Counted from the first letter of the stretch, positions 1 through 10,187 are shown. The stretch is 32,000 bases of DNA from Nitrospira sp. (GCA_029194675.1 JARFXP010000004.1:281938-313937); one strand, 5' to 3'. Program-made: numbers and translations. Notes: a model not told the origin generated them from the letters alone.

Positions 1-627
1 CGTGGCCACCACTGAGTAGGTGGGACTGAAGGTTACCTTGTTCTTGGTAGGCGTGGTGTCGTAGCTCGTTCCTGTGATCGTCACGGCTGTGCCGGCAGTC
101 CCGACCGACGGTGAAAAATTGGAGATGGTTGGGACAGGACTTGCCCCGACGGTAAAAGACGTGGAACTGGTGACGGTGGTCGCTCCGACTGTGACGCTGA
201 TCGGACCGGACGTCGCGCCGCCGGGGACATTGGCGGTCAAGACGGTCGTGGACGCCGTCAGGACGGTCGCGGTCGTGCCGTTGAACTTGACGGTGTTTGA
301 GGCTGGTGTGGCGCTGAACCCGGTGCCGTAGATGGTCACTGTCATCCCGACCTGACCAGAGGAAGGTGTGAACTGGATAATGGCCAGGGTCGAAGAGGAT
401 TGCCGCGTGATGCCAGTCAGATTGCCGACGCTATCGTAGGCATACATCGCCGTGTCGCTGGCTGGATCGATGACCGCCATGAGGCGGCCCGCATCGTCAT
501 ACACGTAGCTGATGTCGGCGGCGACTCCGGACAGAATGACGAGGCAGGTCAGGGCAAATGCCGTAGCGGCGACCAGCCCTCGACGCTTCAGTGACCGCCA
601 CAGACACCACAGGGTCGCGTGCATCAT
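1..627 (-). CDS. N-terminal part of a large secreted YD-repeat / IPT-TIG domain protein (gene continues past window start)
   Basis: Absent from the ORF track because there is no stop in the window. My minus-strand translation from ATG 627/624 reads MMHATLWCLWRSLKRRGLVAATAFALTCLVILSGVAADISYVYDDAGRLMAVIDPASDTAMYAYDSVGNLTGITRQ...IIQFTPSSGQVGMTVTIYGTGFSATPASNTVKFNGTTATVLTAS... It shows a signal-peptide-like N-terminus, YD-repeat motifs, then IPT/TIG-like modules. The frame is open to position 1 and GGAG lies just upstream. Confidence 0.6.
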   Translation of the reverse strand, partial: MMHATLWCLWRSLKRRGLVAATAFALTCLVILSGVAADISYVYDDAGRLMAVIDPASDTAMYAYDSVGNLTGITRQSSSTLAIIQFTPSSGQVGMTVTIYGTGFSATPASNTVKFNGTTATVLTASTTVLTANVPGGATSGPISVTVGATTVTSSTSFTVGASPVPTISNFSPSVGTAGTAVTITGTSYDTTPTKNKVTFSPTYSVVAT

Positions 628-843
628 CACTCCGGTCTCACGTTTGTGATTTAGGAACCGAGTGCTCTCTCAAACTACGCGGGTAAGACAGTCGCGGTAA
701 CCATATACGGGTGAGACTCTACGGAATTCCTGAAAATACGCAAGTCAGAAGATGGCCTTATACCATACCAGGCCATTTGGTCCCATGAGGAGGGTTCGCC
801 TCCGATCGAGTGCCGCGATGCAATTTTGAGAAGGGTTTTCGAC

Positions 844-2556
844 TCAAGAAGCTAGCTGCGACAGGTTCACATCGAAGGCGACGACCGGCATGGCGATCTG
901 CCAACGTTCGAGGACTTCAGGATGGACTTCGCCGATGACGCCGACGGGCTTGCCTGAGACGAGAATCCGGCCGGCTCGGCCTTCTAGGAAGGACGGATGC
1001 TGCATTGGCTCCAGACTGTACTCCTTACCGAGGTAGTAAAACAGGACATCGAGACTGGAATGGATTTCTGAGAAATGGGTGGTGGCGTGAGCGATCAAGG
1101 CGCCCAAGACGGTTTCCGTTCGAGACCCCAACTCATGGGTTCCGTCGGGAATCGCCACATCGCCCGCTTCGAAGAGCCGATGGGGATAGAACGCCCGGCT
1201 CGAGGCCGCTTCGATGCGCAGCAAAGAGGGCAACATCCATTGTCGGAGGCAAGAGAAGCTCAAGGACATGACATTGTCGACCTCAACCATACGTCCCCAT
1301 TCCGTTCCCTCCAGACGCATAAGACGGGAATAATGATCCGGTGAGCCGAGAATGTTCGAAATGATTTCTTGAAACCCGAGCCCCACCATCAATTCTCGGG
1401 ATCGATCGGACAGCTGCTCAATGGCGGACAATCCGCCCACCGTAAATTGCACCGGCATGACAGGGGTAAACTCGGCATAGCCACGGCTCATCGCAACGTC
1501 TTCGACCACATCCATCGTATGCATCAAATCGTGCCGGTACGGCGGGAGTTTTGCCTTAACCGATCCCTTTTCTGCCGACACGCCGTACCCATACGCCTCA
1601 AGCGCTTGCTTCACAACCGTCTCGCCGAGTTCCTGGCCCAGCGCCTGTTCAATCGCTTTGATTCGAATCGTTTTTGGCTTCCCGAAATCTTGAGGTGTTT
1701 TCACCCGTTTACCCAGGATCGTGCTCGTCGGATACTGTATTTCCACCGGCTCAATGGTTGCGCCACGGTCGGCCAAATTCGCCGCGAAGATGTTCAGCAC
1801 AAGCATCACCATGCGCAGATCTGTCCCGGTCACCTCGACGAAGAGTTCATCATCACCTACCCGTACTTCTCCGATTTCCCGGCTGTTAATGATCGGCGGG
1901 AACGATAACGGCTGATTCTTCGCATCGCGGAGAACAGGCAGCAGGCTTTTTACGGCCAGGATGTGGCCATACTCCAATCCCTTGGGGTGAACCATGAGAA
2001 TTTCCGAGAGGGTCATCGTCGTTTCCATACCCAATGGGGTAAACCGCACCTCATCCGGGTTCACAAGCTCATAGGTAATGGGAAACGTGACCCTGGGCAA
2101 TTGATAGATCCCTATGGAGACGGTCCTGCGCTTGCGCCCAAAGATGTCGGCCAACTTCTCCTGCGTTTGAATCAGCTGAGCCAAGCCTTTCTCAGTCACT
2201 CGATACCCCTTGGCCGTACAGGCTGCCACATATGGACGTACTTGCTCCATACCGGGTTTCACGATCAGATAATGCAGCGACCTCGGTTTTTGAACGAAGA
2301 AAGCATAGGGCGTCAGCCCGCCTTGTTGCTTAATGCGAATTTGTCTGGCAATTCCCTCGCAACACCAGAGGTCCGGCCGATTGCTATCTTGTAGTTCGAT
2401 GCGCAGCTCTCCGGTTTCAGGGTTGTGCCCCTTCAACTCGCCTTTCACGAGCATGAGCCACTCCTCCAACTGAGCCATCGTGATGCCACGGCCGGCACCG
2501 CGATCACTCGTGAGAAGCGATTCCAAATCGTCTTTAAAAATAGTGATCGTGGGCAT
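844..2556 (-). CDS. pheT: phenylalanine--tRNA ligase beta subunit, short (archaeal/eukaryal-type) form
   Basis: 570-aa ORF starting MPTITIFKDDLESLL. The length and N-terminus are typical of the short PheRS beta chain. It starts 9 nt after the pheS stop on the same strand. Confidence 0.85.
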   Translation of the reverse strand: MPTITIFKDDLESLLTSDRGAGRGITMAQLEEWLMLVKGELKGHNPETGELRIELQDSNRPDLWCCEGIARQIRIKQQGGLTPYAFFVQKPRSLHYLIVKPGMEQVRPYVAACTAKGYRVTEKGLAQLIQTQEKLADIFGRKRRTVSIGIYQLPRVTFPITYELVNPDEVRFTPLGMETTMTLSEILMVHPKGLEYGHILAVKSLLPVLRDAKNQPLSFPPIINSREIGEVRVGDDELFVEVTGTDLRMVMLVLNIFAANLADRGATIEPVEIQYPTSTILGKRVKTPQDFGKPKTIRIKAIEQALGQELGETVVKQALEAYGYGVSAEKGSVKAKLPPYRHDLMHTMDVVEDVAMSRGYAEFTPVMPVQFTVGGLSAIEQLSDRSRELMVGLGFQEIISNILGSPDHYSRLMRLEGTEWGRMVEVDNVMSLSFSCLRQWMLPSLLRIEAASSRAFYPHRLFEAGDVAIPDGTHELGSRTETVLGALIAHATTHFSEIHSSLDVLFYYLGKEYSLEPMQHPSFLEGRAGRILVSGKPVGVIGEVHPEVLERWQIAMPVVAFDVNLSQLAS

Positions 2557-2564
2557 GAGCGCAG

Positions 2565-4136
2565 TTAGAACAGTCCTCTGGTCGTGCGGATCAATTCCAG
2601 GTTGTCGGTGAAGAGTTCACGTATGTCGTGGATGCCCAACGCCACCATCGCCATGCGATCAAGCCCCAACCCCCAAGCAATGACCGGCACCGTAACACCG
2701 AGCGGCAGGGTCACTTCTGAACGAAAGAGACCGGCACCGCCGAGTTCGATCCATCCCAAGCGTGGATGCCGCACATGCAACTCGACCGACGGTTCGGTGA
2801 AGGGGAAATACGCCGGCACGAACTTCAGTTCCTTGGCCTGGGCAACTTCGTGGGCAAACAAATTCAGGAGCCCCAACAGCGTCCTGAAATTGATGTCTTC
2901 TCCCAGCACGATCCCCTCCACCTGGAAAAAATCCGTTGCGTGGGTGGCATCAACCTGGTCATATCGAAAACACCGGGCAATCGAGAAATACTTCCCGGGA
3001 ATGTTGGGAGAGGCGGCAAGCGTTCGAGCCGAAACCGCCGTGCCCTGACTCCGCAACACCAAACGTCTGGCCCGGTCAACATCGAAGGAATAACCCCACC
3101 CCGTGGAACCAGTTTCTGCGCCGTTCTCATGCACCTTGGCAACACGCGACAAGAACGGCTCGTCCACGGCGGTAGTATGACTGGGCTCCTTGACGAAATA
3201 GACGTCATGAATGTCCCGGGCAGGATGGAATTGCGGCATGAACAGGGCATCCATGTCCCAGAACTCCGTTTCGACCAGCGCTCCCCGCATCTCTTGAAAC
3301 CCCATGCTCACGAGTTTAGTTTTTACGGTATCGAGAAATTCGCGATAGGGGTGCTTCTTCCCGGTTCCGATGCGAGGCGGGCGCAGACTGATCGTGTACT
3401 TTCTAAATCGCTTCTGACGCCAACTCCCATCCTTCAACAGGTCGGGAGTCAACTGCGATACCTCCTCAGCCACGCCTTGCTTCAGCAGTTGTTCCGCCGC
3501 GCTTGCGCCATCCGTAGATAATATGAATGAGCGGGCCGCTCGCTCGTCTATCCGAAACGGCTCTTTGGCATTGCCACGTTTCACGGCAAAGTCTTCAATG
3601 ACCTGTCGATGGGCTTCCGTGAAACTCTTCAGCTCCTTCGGCGAGTGATGTATTTCTCCCAGGAGCGTTCGGAGTGCCTCAGCCGTAGGACTCTGGCGTC
3701 CGGTCGTTTCGACACAACCTCCTTGAATGATCAGGAGCGCCCCTTCCTTCTTGAGTCGTCCAACGGCTTTGCTGACATCGGAAGGATCTAGTCCTCCTTG
3801 GGCCTGAAGATCGGGAATGGTCAGTCGCGTCCCTGTGCCGGTTGCTTCACGCGCGGCAGCCAGAACTCGCTCGAGAGGCGAAGCAGTCAGGTAATACTCC
3901 TCCCCAATCTTCGTCAGCGACACCATGGGAGTCACAGTCTCTGTCTGGATTGCGATCAGCGATTTGGCAAGCAGCCATTCCACGGCCATGCTGAGTTGGG
4001 AAGGCTCTAATTCAGCGGCTGCGGCCAACTGCTCGCTGTCCAAAGCGGTTCCAGGCGGCCCTGCACCCAACGTCGTGAGGACTTTGATTTCGAGGGGATG
4101 AAGGCTGTCGATGACTGTGGAGATGTCCACCCTCAA
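2565..4136 (-). CDS. pheS: phenylalanine--tRNA ligase alpha subunit, long form with N-terminal extension
   Basis: 523-aa ORF. The C-terminal class II core is recognisable (FMPQFHPARD, CFRYDQVDATHATDFFQVEG, AWGLGLDRMAMV). A ~230-aa N-terminal extension precedes it, which bacterial PheS of roughly 330-350 aa lacks. Confidence 0.88.
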   Translation of the reverse strand: MRVDISTVIDSLHPLEIKVLTTLGAGPPGTALDSEQLAAAAELEPSQLSMAVEWLLAKSLIAIQTETVTPMVSLTKIGEEYYLTASPLERVLAAAREATGTGTRLTIPDLQAQGGLDPSDVSKAVGRLKKEGALLIIQGGCVETTGRQSPTAEALRTLLGEIHHSPKELKSFTEAHRQVIEDFAVKRGNAKEPFRIDERAARSFILSTDGASAAEQLLKQGVAEEVSQLTPDLLKDGSWRQKRFRKYTISLRPPRIGTGKKHPYREFLDTVKTKLVSMGFQEMRGALVETEFWDMDALFMPQFHPARDIHDVYFVKEPSHTTAVDEPFLSRVAKVHENGAETGSTGWGYSFDVDRARRLVLRSQGTAVSARTLAASPNIPGKYFSIARCFRYDQVDATHATDFFQVEGIVLGEDINFRTLLGLLNLFAHEVAQAKELKFVPAYFPFTEPSVELHVRHPRLGWIELGGAGLFRSEVTLPLGVTVPVIAWGLGLDRMAMVALGIHDIRELFTDNLELIRTTRGLF

Positions 4137-4140
4137 TGGC

Positions 4141-4845
4141 CTATCGATTGACCGCTGCGCGGGGCGCCGGTTGAACGACCGTCTCTGCGACTGCTCGCAT
4201 GGCGGCGATCGTCGCCGTATAGTCGTGGTGAGAAAAAATAGCTGAGCCTGCTACAAGAGCCGTGGCGCCGGCAGCCACGATTTCCCGTGCATTGTCCACC
4301 TTCACGCCGCCATCTACTTCAAGCAGGGCCCGGCTGTTGATCCTGTCCAATAGCGTCCGGGCTTCGGCGATTTTCTTGAGTACCGATGGGATAAATGTCT
4401 GCCCACCGAATCCTGGATTCACCGACATGATCAACACCAGATCGACATCCCCCAAGATCTCCTGAAGCAACGAGAGGGGAGTGGCAGGATTTAACGTCAC
4501 TCCGGCCTTGACTCCCCGTTCCTTAATCGATTGAACCGTCCGGTGAAGATGTGGACAGGCTTCAACGTGAACGGTCAGATAATCAGCGCCTGCCTCAGCA
4601 AACTCAGGGATGAAGGCATCGGCGTTGGTGATCATCAAATGAACGTCGAGCGGCAGCTTGGTGACCTTTTTCAGACTCTCAACAATGGGCGGCCCCACCG
4701 TCAGGTTGGGAACGAAATGACCGTCCATCACATCGACATGCAGCAGGTCGGCACCCGCTCGCTCCACTGCGGAAACCTCGTCGGCCAAGCGCGCGAAATC
4801 CGCAGAAAGAATCGAGGGCGCGATGTAAATCGGATGACCCATCAC
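4141..4845 (-). CDS. rpe: ribulose-phosphate 3-epimerase
   Basis: 234 aa with IAPSILSADFARL, HVDVMDGHFVPN, MSVNPGFGGQ and EVDGG motifs. Its start overlaps the rsmB stop. Confidence 0.93.
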   Translation of the reverse strand: MMGHPIYIAPSILSADFARLADEVSAVERAGADLLHVDVMDGHFVPNLTVGPPIVESLKKVTKLPLDVHLMITNADAFIPEFAEAGADYLTVHVEACPHLHRTVQSIKERGVKAGVTLNPATPLSLLQEILGDVDLVLIMSVNPGFGGQTFIPSVLKKIAEARTLLDRINSRALLEVDGGVKVDNAREIVAAGATALVAGSAIFSHHDYTATIAAMRAVAETVVQPAPRAAVNR

Positions 4846-6263
4846 TCGTTCCTCCGCAAGCGGACGGCATAAAAACCGTCCATCCCGAAGCTATTACCCA
4901 TAGTGGAGAGCGCCCCTCGGTCTGTCACAAAAGGAAGCGCGATGGTGGGAAGCCACGGAGCCACGGATTCACGCATCCATCCAGGATAGGCCTGGCAAAA
5001 ACGGCTCACGACCTCTTCGGTTTCTTCCGTTTCGGTTGAACAGGTACTATAGACCAGCACTCCACCGGGTCGCAAGCAAGTAGCCACCGAGGCAAGGATT
5101 TCGGCTTGAAGCTTCTGGTGCCTGGCGAACGCCAAACTGTCCTTCCGCCATTTCGCTTCAGGATGTCGACGCAACACGCCCACGCCGCTGCAAGGGGCAT
5201 CCACGAGGATGCGATCGAACAACGGTCCATCACGAAGGTTCGATCCCTGCGCAATCACTCCAGACCATTCGGACGGGTTTCTCACATCGCCGACGATCGG
5301 CACGACGCTCTGAACGTACAATCTTCCACAATTTTGTCGCAGCAGGTCTATCCGGGAAGTCTTTCGATCCACCGCGTAGATCGTTCCGCGATCGCCCATG
5401 AGTTCGGCAAGGTGCGTCGTCTTGCCGCCCGGAGCGGCGCAGGCATCCAGCACGATTTCGCCCGGTTGGGGATCAAGGATCGGAGGAATGAGTTGAGCCG
5501 CCTCATCTTCCACGTAGAAATCGCCCGCCTGGAACCCCGGCAGCGACGTGACATCCTGGCCTTCTTCCAGCACGACTCCTACCGGGCTGAAAATGGTAGG
5601 GCGGGCAGTCACTCCTCCTTGTCCCAAACGCTCCAGGAACTCTTCCCTGGTTAGTCGATTGGAGTTCACCCGAAGCGTGACGCTCGGAACCCTGTTGCTT
5701 GCTCGACAAGCCGATTCTGCTTGCTCAAGTCCCATACGATCAAGCCACCGTTCCGTCAGCCGTTCAGGGATTCCATAGCGGATGGACAGAGATCGAGCCG
5801 GGTCTACGGCTGGATCTGGAAAAGGCGGCGCCGGTACACGAATGAGGGTGCGCAGGACTCCGTTCACCAACCCACTCCAATCGCGTCCCAGTTGTTTGGC
5901 GTAGGATTTGGCCAGCCGGACGGATTCATTCACCGCTGCTGAAGCAGGGATGCGATCTAGAAACAACAGCTGATAGGCGCCAAGCCGCAACAGCATTTGA
6001 ACGACGGTAGGCAATCTGTGGAGAGGCTTGGAGAGTACTGCGTCGAGTCTCCAATCGATCGTCTCTTGCCGCCGTAAAACCCCATACACCAGTTCCATAA
6101 TCAACGAACGATCACGTGGCTGCGACACCGATGCGGCTTGTTGTTCGATCAACTCATCAAGTGCGTGGTCAGACCGCCGACTCGAGAGAAGGATAGAGAG
6201 GGCGACCGCTCGCGATGACGGTCCCGGCGCATTACTGTCCACATTTCGTTCGTGGGCTTTCAT
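4842..6263 (-). CDS. rsmB: 16S rRNA (cytosine-C5)-methyltransferase RsmB/Sun
   Basis: 473 aa. It has a NusB-like N-terminal domain and then SAM-methyltransferase motifs DACAAPGGKT, VDAPCSGVGVLRRHPE and YSTCS. Confidence 0.88.
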   Translation of the reverse strand: MKAHERNVDSNAPGPSSRAVALSILLSSRRSDHALDELIEQQAASVSQPRDRSLIMELVYGVLRRQETIDWRLDAVLSKPLHRLPTVVQMLLRLGAYQLLFLDRIPASAAVNESVRLAKSYAKQLGRDWSGLVNGVLRTLIRVPAPPFPDPAVDPARSLSIRYGIPERLTERWLDRMGLEQAESACRASNRVPSVTLRVNSNRLTREEFLERLGQGGVTARPTIFSPVGVVLEEGQDVTSLPGFQAGDFYVEDEAAQLIPPILDPQPGEIVLDACAAPGGKTTHLAELMGDRGTIYAVDRKTSRIDLLRQNCGRLYVQSVVPIVGDVRNPSEWSGVIAQGSNLRDGPLFDRILVDAPCSGVGVLRRHPEAKWRKDSLAFARHQKLQAEILASVATCLRPGGVLVYSTCSTETEETEEVVSRFCQAYPGWMRESVAPWLPTIALPFVTDRGALSTMGNSFGMDGFYAVRLRRNE

Positions 6264-6300
6264 CTGATCTAAGAAGTGAAAACGGTTGTGAGGAAAAGGA

Positions 6301-7242
6301 TTATGCGACCGATGAGCCCAGTCGCATACCGACCGTGACCTTATGTCCAGTCAGGAATTGTCCGACCAACATGCGTTTCGAGTTGGCAGTCTGAATTTCA
6401 CGTATCTCGAGAACACCTTCGCCCGTCGCTACTAGAATTGACTGTTTATCGACAGTAACGATCGTTCCAGGCTTGTCGGTGGTCGTGCTGGTGCTTGGAA
6501 CAGCCTTCCACACATTCCACCGTTCTTCGCCGAAAAATGTATAGGCTCCAGGCCATGGAGAAAGCCCTCGCACTCGATTGGCGAGCGCCGTTGCTGTCAT
6601 CGTCCAATCGATCAGGCCGTCCTCTTTATTCAAGAGCGGCGCCAAGGTCGCATGCCCATCATCTTGCTTCATCGGTATCAACGTTCCGGCTTTCAGTTGT
6701 GCGATCGTGTCGACAAGCAGTCGCCCACCCAACTCCGCCAGACGAGGCGCCAATGTTCCTGCCGTGTCGTCAGGCGAGATTTCCAACTTCTCCTGAAGCA
6801 GCATCGGCCCCGTATCCATTCCTTCATCCATTAACATCGTGGTAATACCGGTTTCGGTCTCACCATTGATGACGGCCCATTGCACAGGAGCTGCGCCACG
6901 ATATTTCGGCAGCAGCGAGCCATGTACATTCACACAACCCATCGGCGGAAGGCGAAGAATCGGTGTATGCAGAATACGTCCGTAGGCTGCGACGGCAATC
7001 AGATCCGGCCGCCAGGTAGAAAGGGCTTGCAAAAATTCCGGTGTGCGGATCTTCAGCGGCTGCAAAACAGGAATTCCGGCACGCTCTGCCACCAGTCTCA
7101 CGGGCGGAGCGACGAGCTGATGCCCTCGCCCTTTCGGCCGATCGGGCTGTGAAATCACTCCAACTACCTGGTCATCAGATCGGAGGAGTGCTTCGAGCGA
7201 CGGCACGGCGAATTCCGGTGTACCCATAAAGACAATACGCAT
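6301..7242 (-). CDS. fmt: methionyl-tRNA formyltransferase
   Basis: 313 aa with MRIVFMGTPEFAVPSL and HGSLLPKYRGAAPVQWA motifs. It is the first gene of the minus-strand operon. Confidence 0.93.
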   Translation of the reverse strand: MRIVFMGTPEFAVPSLEALLRSDDQVVGVISQPDRPKGRGHQLVAPPVRLVAERAGIPVLQPLKIRTPEFLQALSTWRPDLIAVAAYGRILHTPILRLPPMGCVNVHGSLLPKYRGAAPVQWAVINGETETGITTMLMDEGMDTGPMLLQEKLEISPDDTAGTLAPRLAELGGRLLVDTIAQLKAGTLIPMKQDDGHATLAPLLNKEDGLIDWTMTATALANRVRGLSPWPGAYTFFGEERWNVWKAVPSTSTTTDKPGTIVTVDKQSILVATGEGVLEIREIQTANSKRMLVGQFLTGHKVTVGMRLGSSVA

Positions 7243-7294
7243 GCCATCGCTTTAACATCGCAGTGGAGAGAATGCAATCGTGCAACACCTCAAC

Positions 7295-7324
7295 TTGACT
7301 TGCCGTTCAGCCCTTTGTTAGCAT
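7295..7324 (+). promoter_or_regulatory. candidate sigma70-like promoter for tRNA-fMet
   Basis: TTGACT (7295-7300), an 18-nt spacer, then TAGCAT (7319-7324). This ends 6 nt before the tRNA 5' end. Pattern match only. Confidence 0.3.
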
Positions 7325-7329
7325 TCCAC

Positions 7330-7406
<77 letters not shown>

Positions 7407-7771
7407 AATCTTACTCTTCTCGTCTTTCTCTTCAGCCTGATTCAATACCACTGCAACGGAACCAGCGGACTTGTCCGTTCGAAACCCATTACATAAAAAC
7501 GAAGGGGGCTGGCTCGGATCGGAAGGCTATGGGGTGCGTCCTCTCAAACGCCTCTCTAGAAGATTAGGAGCCGCGGACCGGGAGAGAGTGCCCGGCGGTC
7601 GGTCATCAGCCTAGCGGCTCCAGACGGAAACTTTACCCTGTCCATGGAGAATGAGAAAAGGGGTTGGTGTTGATATGGATACTGGGTGTCGAATGCGGAT
7701 GTTATTTGAATCCATACCCAGGTTGCGCTACTGTTTTCAATAGCTTAGTACACATATCGGAGCCTACACAC

Positions 7772-8770
7772 ATGACCACTATCAACCTGGGGCGGCTTCA
7801 AAGCGTAGACCTGCGTGAGGCTTGGACATCCGAGACCAGTGACTTCACACCGTGGTTGGCTCAAGAAGAAAATCTGAAACTACTTGGTGAAACGATCGGG
7901 ATTGAATTGGAACTGGATTCACAGGAAACCGAAGTTGGGCCGTTTCGTGCCGATATTCTGTGCAAGGATACCGCCACCGATAATTGGGTCTTGATCGAAA
8001 ACCAGCTTGAGCGCACCGATCATTCACATCTCGGACAGTTACTCACCTATGCCGCAGGGCTGAATGCCGTTACCATTGTGTGGATTTCGGAACGCTTTAC
8101 CGAGGAACACCGCGCAGCCTTAGATTGGCTGAATGAACGCACCGACGAAAAAATAAATCTCTTCGGGCTCGAAATTGAGTTGTGGCGGATCGGCACTTCT
8201 CCAATTGCTCCAAAATTTAACATTATCAGTCAGCCAAACGATTGGTCGCGCACGGTCAAACAAGCCGCCGTTGGAGGGGGCGAGGTTTCAGAGCACAAAC
8301 AGCTTCAACTTCGTTTCTGGACGGAGTTTAGGAACTACATGGAGTCTAAAAAGAGCTTCGTGCGTTGTCAGAAGCCATTGCCTCAACATTGGACCAACCA
8401 TGCGATTGGCCGATCAGGCGTACATCTCGCTTCGATTCTCTCGATTTGGAATTCTGAAACAAATGCGAAAGGGGCAGAGATTCGCGCTGAGCTGTACCTG
8501 GACGGGCCGAATGCGAAGCAGGAATTTGCGTTGCTAGCAAAGCAGAAGGATTCCATCGAAACATCGCTAGGCTTTTCGCTCACATGGTACAACCCTGAAG
8601 GCCAAGCAAGCTGCCGCTTGTACACGAGACAGAATGCCGACTTTCTGGATGAAAATTTATGGCTGCAACAGTTTGAATGGCTACGACAACGACTCGAAAT
8701 CATGCATAAGGTGTTTGCACCTCTTGTTAAGAATTTGAAACAAGAGCCGGAAGACCATAGAATGGCCTGA
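7772..8770 (+). CDS. PD-(D/E)XK nuclease-like / DUF4268-like protein
   Basis: The ORF track starts at 7664. I prefer ATG 7772 (MTTINLGRL) because GGAG lies 9 nt upstream. FRADILCKD...WVLIENQLERTDHSHLGQLLTYAAG matches the restriction-endonuclease-like N-terminal module I remember fused to DUF4268. Family assignment is from memory. Confidence 0.7.
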   Translation: MTTINLGRLQSVDLREAWTSETSDFTPWLAQEENLKLLGETIGIELELDSQETEVGPFRADILCKDTATDNWVLIENQLERTDHSHLGQLLTYAAGLNAVTIVWISERFTEEHRAALDWLNERTDEKINLFGLEIELWRIGTSPIAPKFNIISQPNDWSRTVKQAAVGGGEVSEHKQLQLRFWTEFRNYMESKKSFVRCQKPLPQHWTNHAIGRSGVHLASILSIWNSETNAKGAEIRAELYLDGPNAKQEFALLAKQKDSIETSLGFSLTWYNPEGQASCRLYTRQNADFLDENLWLQQFEWLRQRLEIMHKVFAPLVKNLKQEPEDHRMA

Positions 8771-8869
8771 GCACCGTTTATGCCTCAGATAGCTGATTGA
8801 CCGCTCGCTACCAATCCTCGTGGGGCAATTCACATCATCACAACCATGGTCACCGATGGGGGGATAATG

Positions 8870-8891
8870 CTCTTGTCTTCGACAACAAGAG
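8870..8891 (+). terminator. possible hairpin downstream of the DUF4268-like gene
   Basis: CTCTTGT-cttcgaca-ACAAGAG forms a 7-bp stem, followed by ATTGTTCC. The T-tract is weak. Confidence 0.25.
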
Positions 8892-8955
8892 ATTGTTCCT
8901 GAAATGCACTCCCCATTTCTTATCCGGCTAATTGTGCGCAATAGGAGAATCCGCG

Positions 8956-10164
8956 ATGACGAGGAAAACAGTGAAGCCCGAATCTCAGGCCGCCAGAACG
9001 CTAGTGACTGAGCCTTATGACGAAGACCTACAGTGGGATGACGAAATCCATCAGGATATTTCACCTGGCGGGGAATCTGAAGTTGTTGTTTATTCGCGCG
9101 ACTGGACCATTGCAACAATCATTCACCAGATTGAGCAGAAGAACATTGATTTAAACCCAAAATTTCAACGCCGTAACGCATGGAATGACGATAAACGAAG
9201 CATGTTAATTGAATCACTTATCGCGGGGCTTCCTGTGCCCGAAATAGTATTAGCCGAAGATCCCAATAAGCGGAAGGCATTTATTGTCATTGATGGGAAA
9301 CAGCGGCTTCTAACAATCGCAGGGTATGTGGACCCAACAGTTGAATATTGGGGAAAAGCCGAACTAAAGAAGCTACAGCTTCGCAAGGAGTTGAATACAA
9401 AGACCTACGAGCAGCTTAAATCTGAAAACGCTTTAGCGGATGAATACAGAGAATTTATGAACGCCGATGTTCGTTGCACGATCATTTCTAATTTCAAATC
9501 AGACGACACCCTCTACGACATATTCTACCGCCTAAACACCGGTTCGGTACCTCTTAGCACGCAAGAACTAAGGCAGGTCCTGCACAAAGGACCTTTCGCC
9601 GACTACCTGATTCAGATAACGAATACGACTGAACCTTTGCATCGTATCATGAGGCTGAATGGCCCTGACACCCGGTTAAGGGATGTCGAAATAGTGCTGC
9701 GCTTCATAGCAATTGTTTTGTTTGGCCCTGAATACGAAGGCAACCTAAAAAAGTTTCTTGATGAGGCGATGAAGAGAGTGACTACCGATTGGACAAGATT
9801 AGAGCCAATTGTGGCAAAAATTTACAGCGACATGAATTGCGCAATTACTAATCTCGTTAAAGTCCTTGGCGAGAAAGCTGTGGGAAGGAAGTTTGTAGAT
9901 GGTGATTGGGAAGGGCGATTCAATCGGGCTCTTTTTGAGGTAGAGGCATTCTATTTTCGGCTAATTCCTGATGCCAAGATCGCTGGTGGAAAGCGGAAGT
10001 TTGTTGCGGGTCTACAAAAGCTGTTTGATAACCCAGAGTTCAGGGCTTCAGTCGAAGCTACTACTAAAACAAAAGATCGCTACGAACTGCGTTTTCGTCG
10101 TTTCCAAGAACTTGTGAACGCATCATTTGGTACCAACATTAACGAACTCCCCATCGTAGCCTAA
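8956..10164 (+). CDS. DUF262 (ParB/Srx-like, GmrSD N-terminal type) domain protein without recognisable DUF1524/HNH domain
   Basis: The ORF track starts at 8932. ATG 8956 is preceded by AGGAGA. The motif run is DLNPKFQRRNAWNDDKRSMLIESLIAGLPVPEIVL...FIVIDGKQRLLTI, a DGQQR-type motif. The C-terminal half is helical and I could not find a His-Me finger. Confidence 0.75.
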   Translation: MTRKTVKPESQAARTLVTEPYDEDLQWDDEIHQDISPGGESEVVVYSRDWTIATIIHQIEQKNIDLNPKFQRRNAWNDDKRSMLIESLIAGLPVPEIVLAEDPNKRKAFIVIDGKQRLLTIAGYVDPTVEYWGKAELKKLQLRKELNTKTYEQLKSENALADEYREFMNADVRCTIISNFKSDDTLYDIFYRLNTGSVPLSTQELRQVLHKGPFADYLIQITNTTEPLHRIMRLNGPDTRLRDVEIVLRFIAIVLFGPEYEGNLKKFLDEAMKRVTTDWTRLEPIVAKIYSDMNCAITNLVKVLGEKAVGRKFVDGDWEGRFNRALFEVEAFYFRLIPDAKIAGGKRKFVAGLQKLFDNPEFRASVEATTKTKDRYELRFRRFQELVNASFGTNINELPIVA

Positions 10165-10187
10165 TTACTCGCTCTATCGGAGTTGCT

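Noticed and set aside
74-594. Plus-strand ORFs 74-331 and 400-594
   Set aside because: They are antisense to a much longer open minus-strand frame with signal peptide, YD and IPT/TIG motifs. Their Val/Thr/Pro-rich translations are typical mirror ORFs.
1005-4010. Many 60-250 aa ORFs overlapping pheT/pheS on either strand
   Set aside because: They lie entirely inside confidently identified aaRS genes. They are Arg/Pro/Ser-rich, as expected from off-frame reading of GC-rich coding DNA.
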